A stretch of 64,000 bases of DNA from Octopus sinensis (taxonomy: Eukaryota): NCBI RefSeq assembly GCF_006345805.1, contig NC_042997.1, positions 105,152,001-105,216,000 of the forward strand, written 5' to 3'. Below are positions 53,273 to 64,000 of this stretch, one piece after another; the stretch's first letter is position 1, and each line of letters starts with the position of its first letter. The translations under genes were made by a program, and so were the position numbers. Below the pieces are notes generated by a model. That model saw only the letters and a list, made by a program, of their open reading frames with translations, had not been told where the DNA came from and did not search any database.

Positions 53273-53400
53273 GTTCCGGAAGAAGAGCTTTGCTCGAAGC
53301 GTAAAACTACCTTTCGTTCCTTCCCTGAGCGTCTACTAATACTTTGCATGTACCACATTCCTGCGTTGTTATTTTTTCTTGTGTTTATCTTCGAGGTTTG
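53273..53400 (+). mobile_element. Short element family H2, degenerate hammerhead-like motif at 53273-53307
   Basis: gtt-ccggaaga-a-GAGC ttt GCTC-gaagcgta-aaac, then cctgagcgtc..taatac as in other H2 copies. Confidence 0.55.
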
Positions 53401-53665
53401 GGGGTTAGGAGATTAATTGTATATATATATATATATCATGGCTATATATGTTTAAATCGAATTAATATTAACTTTTAATATTATCGCTTTTAATATTATC
53501 GATTTAAATATATCGTCACGAAATGCGCATAGTCGATTTAATGCTTATTGAATCTAGTGATTTTTGGAATAACACTTATTATAATATATTTAAATTTTTT
53601 CTATATGATTTATTATAGTTAATATCTTTCACTATTAATTGAATTACTGTTTGTGAGTTTGCAGG

Positions 53666-53787
53666 GTAGCACCTACATTGTTAGAAATAAGAGTTAAAAC
53701 CCTTAGAGTTATAAAGAAGAAAATATCTATGCATGTCTCTGCGGCTCCATGGGTTTTAACTCCTATTTCTAGCAGTGTAGGTGCTAC
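53666..53787. mobile_element. Small MITE-like fold-back, 37-bp TIRs
   Basis: gtagcacctacattgttagaaataagagttaaaaccc vs reverse complement of 53751-53787, 3 mismatches, 48-nt spacer. Confidence 0.75.
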
Positions 53788-54110
53788 TCAGTACTTTCGG
53801 TCATTATATATATATATATGCACATACTGAGTGTATCGTTACTATGTGTATCTTATTCGTTTGATTCCCTTTACTTTGAAAATTTTATATACAACCGCTT
53901 GTTCTCGATGTATTTGAGGCAAAATAACAAAAATCCAAACACGCACACACCTACGTATGTATGTGGCCTACATTTTATTATAGATACGCAACTTGCTGTT
54001 TTCTGGGAGAACCACATCAATGAGAGTAACAAGAGTAAAAGAAAAGAAATATACCGAGCTAGAGTCAAAGCAATGGGTAGTCAGTTTCTCTTTGGAGTTT
54101 GTCGAAAAGA

Positions 54111-54314
54111 GTGGCTTACTGGTTAGGGATTCGAACTCATGATCATAAGATTATGGGCGACGTGTTGTGTTCTTGAGTAAAACATTTCATTTCACGTGGT
54201 TCCAACCCACACAGCCTACAAAAATAAGTGACTCTGCGACCCATCCAGGTGGGGAGCATATACGCCATTTTAACCGGGAAGCCGGCCCTATGAGTCTATA
54301 TGGCTCAAGAAGGA
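54111..54314 (+). mobile_element. Chimeric SINE: family C-like head/CORE-like domain with family D-like tail
   Basis: Head matches the reverse complement of 57130-57260; tail ccaggtgggga..tatacgcc..accgggaagccggccctatgag..tggctc.agaaggaa matches 55090-55160. Confidence 0.6.
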
Positions 54315-54344
54315 AATTTACTCACTCTCTTCGGAGTTTATAGT

Positions 54345-54610
54345 ATGGCATCGCGAGGGCCAGTGTGAAGATGACCATCACATTGGCTGTAGAAGTAGCA
54401 GGAGTTGCCTGGAAATGGCTAACGATCAAGAAGACGAGCCCTGGAAGGGGTAGTGCTAACAGAGGTAGTGCTAACTGGACACAAGCTGGGTCTTGTTCAC
54501 TCTCGGCTGGATCGTGTTCACTCTCAGCTGGGTCGCCTGGGTGAAGGTGTCTGATGTATATAGACTCGACACATTTAATGAACCCAAGAAGCAGCAGTTA
54601 TGATGTCTCC
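54345..54610 (+). mobile_element. Possible RTE/RTEX-type LINE 3' end remnant
   Basis: ASVKMTITLAVEVAGVAWKWLTIKK resembles RTE-type C-termini; followed by ctgggtcgcctgggtgaaggtgtctgatg. Confidence 0.4.
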
Positions 54611-54863
54611 AGTTGTATTACAGGATGTAGAAAAACATAAGCCATAACAATATAAATACGAACACAAAGTACAGGTGATGTACAATGAACCAATAATATG
54701 CGATAGATTGGAGGGAAAGAATTGCATCGAAATATGAACAAAGAACAACGTCAGAATCCCGTAAGCAATTTCAAGAAAGTAATCGGACGGTCAAGAACTA
54801 TTGTTTCATTTGAAAAGTGTTAAGAAATGCACCTAAGATTATTTGATATCCTATTATATTTGA

Positions 54864-55173
54864 CGGTTGAGACACATGTCCTAGTAGTTAGAGCAGCGGA
54901 CTCGCGGTCGAGTGATCGGGGATTCGAATCACAGACCAGGCGATGTGTGTATTTATGAGCCAAACACCTAAACTTCACGCGGCTCCGGCAGAAGGTAATG
55001 GCGAACTTCTGCTGACTCTTTCGCCACAATTTCTCTCACCCTTGCCTCCTGTATCTTACAGCTCACCTGCAACGGATCGGCGTCCAGTCTAGGTGGGGAA
55101 CCTATACGCAAAGGAAACCGGGAAACCGGCCCCTATGAGCCAGGCGTGGCTCGAGAAGGAACAAAAAAAACCA
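54864..55173 (+). mobile_element. tRNA-derived SINE, family D
   Basis: Colinear with 13439-13743; TSD-like attatatttga / attatattcga. Confidence 0.85.
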
Positions 55174-56115
55174 ATTATATTCGAAAATGAATAGGTTGCT
55201 CTTTTTGTTTTCTTTAGTCAAAAACATCAGTTTTCATCAGTATTTAAATCTTAAACAATGAAGCAAAATTATGAACATACAAAAATTTATGGAAAAAATT
55301 AAAGGTCGGAAAATTTATTACACATATAACATTTTAGGTATTCGGTTAGTTACAGTTGTAGTTTAGTGCTGACACTCTGAAAATATTGTCTCCAATAAAA
55401 TACGTTACAATGTACAAGGAACAAGTGCTAAGAGGGTAGCACAAAGTGGATATTACTGTAAATAGTTTGTACGCATGCACTCTTATTAAGCATATATTGA
55501 CTTCAATGATTGAATAGATGACTCAGATGATACCAGTTGTCACGTGTTATACATGTGTTTATGCGTGTGCATCTGTTTCCTCTACACAGAAGTACGAATG
55601 AGTAGAGAAATGTATGGAATCATCAGATTCCATGTATATTGACACATTTACGTACAGACGCACATACATGGAAAACAGAAACAAAGAACTAAACAGTCTC
55701 ACACACATAGAAATAAACAATTCCACGCACACAAACACACATATTCACACAAACACACATACGCACACACACACGCACACACATATCAACATGCAAACAC
55801 ATCATAAGAAATCTAATGCTAATTTCAAAAATGTCAGATTACTATCTATAAAAAAAAACCCCTTTACATCATATTTGTTTAAACATTATTAAATCCTATT
55901 ATTGATGGTTGCCTTTAATTTTACGTGAAATGGGGAGAAAATGAGCATATTATGAAAGAAATCAAAGTCACAAGAAACATTTGCAAATACATTTGCTTAA
56001 AATATGGGAGTTTAATTAGAAATGTATGGCGCCAATTATTACCTTTGAAGTTTAATATTGACTATGGTTCGTCCTGGAAACTTACGCGCACATACACATA
56101 CACGCACACGCATGC

Positions 56116-56174
<59 letters not shown>

Positions 56175-56935
56175 AATATGCTATATATGTGTATAGAAAT
56201 GCATATTTATATACAAATAATTAGATATGTGTACATCAATATATGTACACGAATATATATGTGTGTGTGTATGAATATGTATATGTATCTTTAGACTCAC
56301 ACACACATATATACACATATACACACACACACATATATATATACAGGTGTATGTAAATGTGTGTGCGCGTGTATATAAATAAATATATATATATATTTAC
56401 ACACACATACAATAAAGAGAGTGGATATGAGTTTTGACATTTATTTATGACATTCTTACACGTCTTTCAATAATGAAACTGCCCATCATGCAAAGAAGTA
56501 TTACCTAACAGTGGTATAACATCAAATGATCGGATGTTTTATTACAAAGGAAAAATTAGCCTTGAGGTATTTCTACAGGTACACCTTTCAGTATAATCCG
56601 ATTCTGTAGAGAAATGGCTGCTAAAATAGTGAATCACAATTTGTTACACGTTGCTGTTACTACACCGTTGATCCCTGTAATTAAGCAAGCTGGGTTGGAA
56701 TAGCCACAGATAAACCATCTAGCCAAAAAAAGAAGCAAGCTTTCGGTATGTTAATCGAGTAGTCGCATCCTCATCGTGTATTTAGCCATGCTACGCTCAA
56801 AAGCTACATTTATAAGTAGCTGCCAGTGTCCATCCTTGCATACAGAGCTGCATTTCGAGTTAACCATGCAGCATCTGTTTCCGATACTCGTCGTACATTT
56901 TGGCAGGACTTCTTGTAAAGAGTACTTCCCTAATA

Positions 56936-57262
56936 ACAACTGGCACTCCTTCGGTTACAATGGTGAAGCTTTCAGTTGATTCGATCAGTGGGAGAGCTTG
57001 CTGGTGCAATTAACGTGAAAGTGGCTGAACTCTCCACAGATACGTGTTCGCTCCACGTAGTCCCCAGGAAGAATCAGCATGATATAAAGTGTGACAAAGC
57101 TGGCTCTTTGAATTACTTGTAGAATTCATATTTGCCAGCTGTGTGGACAGAAGCAATATGAAATAAAGCGTCTCGCTCAAGGACACAACGTACTGCTGGG
57201 AATCGATCTGACGACCTTACGATCGTGAACCGAATAACCCTAATCACTAAGCCACGCGCCTT
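56936..57262 (-). mobile_element. tRNA-derived SINE, family C, full length, diverged
   Basis: ggcgcgtggcttagtgattagg head, gatcgattccc B-box region, gttgtgtccttgagcgagac CORE-like motif, body shared with 9355-9535. Confidence 0.75.
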
Positions 57263-57823
57263 AACCATTACCAGAAACAGTCGCTTACAAAGAGTAACTG
57301 TACTGTAGAATAGGAATTGCCCCCATTGAGCTATCACAGCATCCTGAGACTGTAAACCAAATCGAATTCTTGCAACATAGGTGAATGAACATTATTGCAT
57401 ACTGTGTATTTAAATTAACAACCAAAAACATGCTTAATTCATGGTATTAATTTAAAGAAACACAGCCATTTTGCTTTTTGAACAGGGGATCCTAAGTCTA
57501 AACAATGCTTTACGGTAAAACCTAGTTTCTATACTTCAAAACAACCAGCAGGATTTCTTTTTGAAAACAACTGCGCGTATGGATGTATCGACGGAATACA
57601 GTTTAAAGTTACTTATTAAATAAAACTGTACGTGGGTCTTGATAGAAAAGCATGCAAAATGTTGTCTTTTTTGTTTTGTTTGTTGCTTTAAAGCAACATT
57701 ATTAATTGTAGCAAAATTACATGCTGAATGTGACTGAGAATTGATAATTTCAAGCATCTCTGAGCAACTTCATAAAAACTTGCATATCATTTACCACCTT
57801 TCGGTTGAACTGCAGCAGTTTCT

Positions 57824-58812
57824 ATGGTAGAAAGAAACCACTTCCTCTCATTGCACAATAGCTACTTGACATTCCACCACCTGATGTTTCGGAGGAAAGT
57901 GAATTGTCATCTGATAGTAATGATGATAATGATGAGCGCATTACAAAGCAAAACATTGAGAGTGATACAGGGGAGTGGAAAACACAAACAAATACGCTAT
58001 TCAATGCAATCTGATACTCCATTCAATTTGACATGAGCTGGAACAATATTGTGGAATTCTTTACGAGATCATTCTCGTGATGATGACAAGTACAAGAACG
58101 TACTGGTGCAAAGGGTTTTAGTATAACTCCAATTACCAGTGTAATGACTGTTAACCGTTTCGAAAACATTAAAATAATTTAACATGCAATGATAATCTGA
58201 CTTATCCTCAAATTGTACAGATAGATTGTACAAAGTTAATCTGATTGCCGATTCATTAAAAGAGCAGCTTGCAGAAATTAACCCATGTGAAAGAGTATGC
58301 TTTGAGAAGCAAATGCTTCCTTTCAAAAGTAAATCTTGAATCAAGCAATATAACTAAGAAACGCCAAAGAAGTGGATGTATAAGTTGTATGTGTTTTCAG
58401 GAACAGATGGACTTATCCACAATTTTGAATTCCACACTGGTGAATTTGGAACATGCCCAAATCAACCAGAAATATCGAGTTGATTTTGCCACAAAATATA
58501 CGATGAACAAATGACACAAACTGTATTTTGACAATTGATATATAGGCATTGATCTCTTAAGGATCTTAAATAAACAGGGTACGGCATGTGTTGATACAGT
58601 GCGCGCTAATCGTTCACTTCATTGTAAATTGTCATCGGATGCAGCATTACAGAAAAGAGTCGAGGTGTCTGTAGAAGTACGGACGATCAAGTTTGATGGT
58701 GTGGAGTGACGTTCGGTAAAATGGTTTGATAGCCGTGATGTTACTCTGTTGTCAACATATGAAACAGTGAATCCAAACCATGAAATCTCCAGATTTGAGT
58801 GAAAAGAACTAT
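57824..58812 (+). mobile_element. Decayed piggyBac-family transposase with internal deletions
   Basis: VMTVNRFE..DRLYKV..EKQMLPFKSKS.IKQYN..PKKWMYKLYVFSGTDGLIHNFEFHTG..HKLYFDN..DTVRANR..VKWFDSRDVTLLST; no TIR or TTAA found. Confidence 0.85.
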
Positions 58813-60075
58813 GTCGCAAAATAATTCAAATGTTAATACATGCAACAAATTTGTGACAAATAATGACTCTCATTGGATAATAAATATTGTAATATTATTG
58901 CATAATTACTGTTAATTTAGTCAGTGAAAACTAAAGTAGCGATAACTTTCTCACATTTGAAATTAAGTTAAATACGACTAACCACTGCTTATTGCATTTC
59001 CGAGTGATGTCCTCAGAAAGGTCGTACCATAATATATATGTAGCTATACAGATGCTTCGGTCGCATCTAATAGTTCAAATAGTTCGATCAAATCCTTTCT
59101 TGCCATTGGTCAGTTGGAACAGGTCTACACTGAGGGAAATAAGGAATAGCAACCGAATAAGTACGCATTGTTGGAAATCGAACCTTTCACCAAATAATTA
59201 ACCGTAAGTGTCATAGCACCTACCTGTCTATATTGACACATTGTTATTCTCTTATATACGGTAAATAAATTGATATCTTATCATATAAGATAAGCAATTG
59301 ATACCCTATAGAATATTCCTATTCTCTCTAAACAACAGCAGCTGGGTTTTTCTTATTCTAATCCCAAATGGAAATGAATTATTGCTATTGGCCAAATCTC
59401 TATATTACCGGCTTTTCGCGAAGGATTTCTGAAAAACCACCAACCACTTATCATTCCGTTCTCTCCTCCACTCCATCTACTGTAGTGATTGGCATTACAG
59501 TATGATTTGCTACAAGACACCATCGTATCGATGTTTGGAAGAAGAAAAGGAGTGGTCACCGGAGAGAATGAAGGAAAAGAAAAATAAATATAACAGGAAG
59601 AAATCAATGGAAAGAGGAAAGGCGGGAAAAAAAAGAAAACGAAAGTGAAGATAGACTAAGCAGATGATGTTTTGAAAGATATATTCGACATCCAGTCATT
59701 TGTCTGCCAACAAATGGCTAAAGCAAAGCAAGCATTGAGTTTAATGATGGAGAAATAAAAATAAAGTAGTGTCCGAAGAAAACATAAATAAACAATAAGT
59801 TCATTGATGAATGATCATAAATAAGGACAGAATTTGTTACAACGTCGTCGTCTATTCCAAATATAATGACATTCAGTGCAAGTAGAAATATCGGCGAAAA
59901 ACTGGCGTAGCTTTTGCTGTTAATTAATCTTCTCAGACAACTGTATACTTTAGTGTGTGTGTGTTTGTATGGGTCAGAGCATACGTACACTTCTAGAATT
60001 CAACCCTTACGTATCATTATAAATATTGATATGGATATATACATACATATATTCTTATTTATTATATAGTCATGA

Positions 60076-60200
60076 AAGGCGGAAAGCTGCCACAATCGTT
60101 AGCACGCCGCATAAGTTGCTTATTGGTATTTCGTCCGTCTTTATGTTCTGAGCTCAAATTCTGCCGAAGTGGACTTTGCCTTTCATGAACTCGAAAAAAT
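60076..60200 (+). mobile_element. Diverged, 3'-truncated SINE family A
   Basis: aaggcggaaagctgccacaatcgttagcacgccg..gagctcaaattctgccgaagtggactttgcctttcat. Confidence 0.75.
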
Positions 60201-60659
60201 GGGAGCATTTGAGCGCAATTATCCACGCAATCAAATTCCCACCACATGTATACAGAATTCTACTCTTCGTTCCTATTGTAGAATGCATTATATAGATTTC
60301 AATTGCGTGTTAATGATTTCAGCTTATTGAACGGTGGTGTGAGAGATTAGCAAACTTCAAAAATACAGTCCTCTATACAGAGGTCTAAGTATCTAACTAG
60401 TTCATATATATGCCACAGAAGAGGCACACACATACACACACATATACACAATTATATAAAATATGCATAAAATTGTAGAAATACACACATACACCCATAT
60501 GTATATATGCTGGTTTCATATTTTTGCACAAGATTGTGTGCATTGTGTGTAAGCTCTTTCGCTGTTTAAAGTTTCAGTCACACGTGTTCTGATTTAATAT
60601 GTATTTGGAAAGTTGTTTTTTGTAGTATAACCGAATCAATTATCTCTTGCAAAGTTTTT

Positions 60660-61205
<546 letters not shown>

Positions 61206-61245
61206 GATATATAACGAGAAGTAAATTATAAGTTACGATTCTTTT

Positions 61246-61521
61246 GATTCTACCTGGAGATTCCATCTCTTCCCCCAAGATGAAAATGAGCTCAAAGGTC
61301 ACCGTCTTAACACCATTATCGAGATTCTGAGCGAATCGCAGGTCCTCGACTCGCTTACTGAAAACGACTTCCGGGCCAAATTCCAAAAGTGGTAGGATCG
61401 CTGGGATCGGTGTATTGCTGAGTGAGGTGACTATTTTGAAGGAAATGGTGTTAAAACTTAGGTAAATAAGGTATTTTTTTACTACACACAACTAGTCCGG
61501 GAAACTTTTGATACCATCACG
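61246..61521 (+). mobile_element. mariner transposon 3' end (transposase C-terminus plus TIR)
   Basis: LFPKMK.ELKGHR..IEI..L..LTENDFRAKFQKW*DRWDRCIA..GDYFEG; TIR-like agtccgggaaacttttgataccatcacg. Confidence 0.85.
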
Positions 61522-61736
61522 CATGTGAATTAAGAAGCGTCTACTATATGTAAATCGAAAAACGTAAAATGCTGGATTTGGTCCCCAAGCATTGCAAATG
61601 GACTACGTAACAATATTGATTTCAATTCGCTGCGGTGCATTCAGACTCATAAACGTGTGCATGCATTAACTGAAGTTTATATATATATATACACATACAT
61701 ATGCACACTCACACAGACATACACAAACACACACAT

Positions 61737-61767
<31 letters not shown>

Positions 61768-63840
61768 ATTTAATATAATATATGATATAGTTAATGCATC
61801 ACTATATGCTTTGACACATTAAAGCTTCGGTACGGTATACGGTATTAGAATGTATTGTAACAAGAAATTGTTTAATTATATTGTATATATATATATGTAA
61901 GTAGAAAATAATCCTGGTGGTAGATGAATAACCCAACAATGATTACAAATGATTTCTAACTTAAGTAGATGGATTTTTACTTTCAGAAATGTGATATCAT
62001 GACATTTATTAAATGTTTAAATAGCTGAAATGAGTTATTGGTAATACGACTATTGTTAATAAGAAACTAATGTTATGGTCTAATAATCCCCTCTTCTGCG
62101 ATGTGAGTAAAGATGGCTAGAAGGGAATTGAGTTGCTCACCTATAATACACCTACGAGTATTCATCTACTCATACAGGAATTACTATTTGCCATTGCAGT
62201 AGAAAAGGTATTGGGCACCTCTTCGTGTGAGCATCTTACAGTTTTCTGGACCTGCTAGAAATTATAATTTTCATATTTCTTTCAAACTAAGGCCTATAGT
62301 TCTAAGAAAAGAATTAAAAAAAAAACATCAAAAATATTATCGACAGCATACAGAAACGCCTAAGACCAGGGACATATTACACTGTAACTGAACGTTAACA
62401 ATAACAGTTTCCAGCTACGTGATATTGCAAAGCAATGGGATATGACAACTCAGCTTTTGATCTAGTATTCTTATACCCTAATGACTAAGCAATATTTTGG
62501 ATTGGAGCGAAAAATAACAGATACATTCATTCAAATGTATGTTTTGTTACAGGATATTTTTCTCCAAACCAGATAATTAACAACAAGGGTTTGTTTTACC
62601 ATTCAATATTAATATCAATTTCTGACACGAGAACAAAAAAAGGAAGTATAAACAAACGAAAGGGTCTTATGAAAATGGAGGTGGTACTTTAGGTTGAAAG
62701 CTTCGTAATCTAATATTATATAAAATATATTGTAAAGCTTTATATTTCCATGCAAAGAATATTAAGTGGAGGAGAAACGTTATACAAAAGTACTGAAATC
62801 AATATACAAATATACACACAGGCATTTGAAAGATCCCCACGCCGAAGCTAAATACTTTACGGGAAAGTACTTAGAATAATTAATTTGAGTGGTGGAGTTT
62901 CAGAGATAACTGGAAAAGGAGGAAGGCAATAAATTATTTTGAAGTTCATCTGGCTATGCTCACAAAACATCATCATTTCTTAATTTACTAAGAGTTTAGA
63001 ATTGAAGAAATGCAAAATTTTGTTGTTTTTTTTTATTATGCATATCTCTAACAACGTAAACGAATCAAGTAAAGTAATACTAAAAAACAAAATAAAACCA
63101 GTCAACAGCTTAGTTTTGCCGATGATCTTCGCTGAGACGACAAAAGAAATAGCAGCAGTGGCGATATCTGTTGTTTCCATGAAACAGAGTTACAACAAAG
63201 ATCGAAGGCAGACCTTATTTGGGTGATAATATGTTTTATTCATTCCTGACAAGATAAAGGCAAATAGTAATATACTTGGCCATTATAGAAAGCGTAAAAA
63301 AACAGACAAAGGAAAATGAGCAATGAAAGTAAAGGAAATTATTACGCATTCACTTGTCCATCGATTTCTCAAGAAATGAAAGTGCTTTTTAGATATGTGT
63401 CTTTCACAACTTCTAGCTGAAAAGTTCGCTCTTTAATGTTGTCATCCTGGAGTGTGGTGTAAGCTAATTGGGGATACCGACTAGAACGGTGTTCATTGCT
63501 CAACAGCGGTCACATGCAGAACTACAGATATAGCTAATTCCACATTAATAAACTCTAACTACTTCAGTAATGATTATAATGTATCAACCTTCAAACGTAT
63601 ATCGAGTGAACGATGTCAACGAATCGAGAGCATACACCTGTAGTTGAAGAAATAGCCATTCAGATAATTTGGAGAACATCACGCCACATTTGATGAGGCT
63701 CTACAACTTATACGGGATTCAGAAAACAGAAAGCGTTTTGATATGTGTGAGCAAAAAAAAAACAAATATATCCACAAGCACGTACGCACGCACACACACA
63801 CACACATACATACATACACACATATATAAATATATATATA

Positions 63841-63877
<37 letters not shown>

Positions 63878-63878
63878 G

Positions 63879-63914
<36 letters not shown>

Positions 63915-64000
63915 CATAGAAATTACTATATAAATAAGGACAAAATCGTTATTTTAAACAATGATCAAATCAAGTGACAGCATGGGAAGAAAAACCTTAT

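Noticed and set aside
59052-59203. Exon-like segment bounded by ctatacag and gtaagt
   Set aside because: The polypyrimidine tract is weak and all three frames hit a stop before the donor.
63173-63185. RFX X-box-like palindrome GTTTCCATGAAAC
   Set aside because: One base short of the consensus, with no nearby promoter or gene evidence; expected by chance in 64 kb.
63664-63746. 83-nt candidate exon (NLENITPHLMRLYNLYGIQKTESVLIC) with a gtgagc donor
   Set aside because: The acceptor context is purine-rich and the peptide is unrecognised, so it cannot be supported without RNA data.

Overview
AT-rich, extremely microsatellite-dense eukaryotic DNA whose repeat content points to a coleoid cephalopod, most likely Octopus (inference). 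I found no recognisable host gene; the window looks intergenic or deep intronic and has one 100-N scaffold gap at 27347-27446. Most predicted ORFs are artefacts of (TA)n, (CA)n, (TACA)n and (TAA)n repeats. The identifiable content is mobile DNA. There are four tRNA-derived SINE families plus one chimeric copy. LINE relics include the 5' half of a Tx1-like LINE, two near-identical CR1-like 3' fragments and two R4/Dong-like fragments. The R4/Dong-like fragments sit with an unexplained non-coding element inside one (TAA)n array. DNA transposon relics include a full-length decayed Tc1 (reconstructed DD36E), mariner, DD37D and piggyBac remnants, and a hAT MITE. The most interesting signal is a set of short microsatellite-embedded elements carrying minimal type I hammerhead-ribozyme motifs, with compensatory base changes between copies. 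Several occur as fold-back palindromes centred at or next to the hammerhead. This fits Penelope-like terminal repeats; ribozyme activity and the fold-back mechanism are inferences that need testing. All alignments and identities were done by eye.
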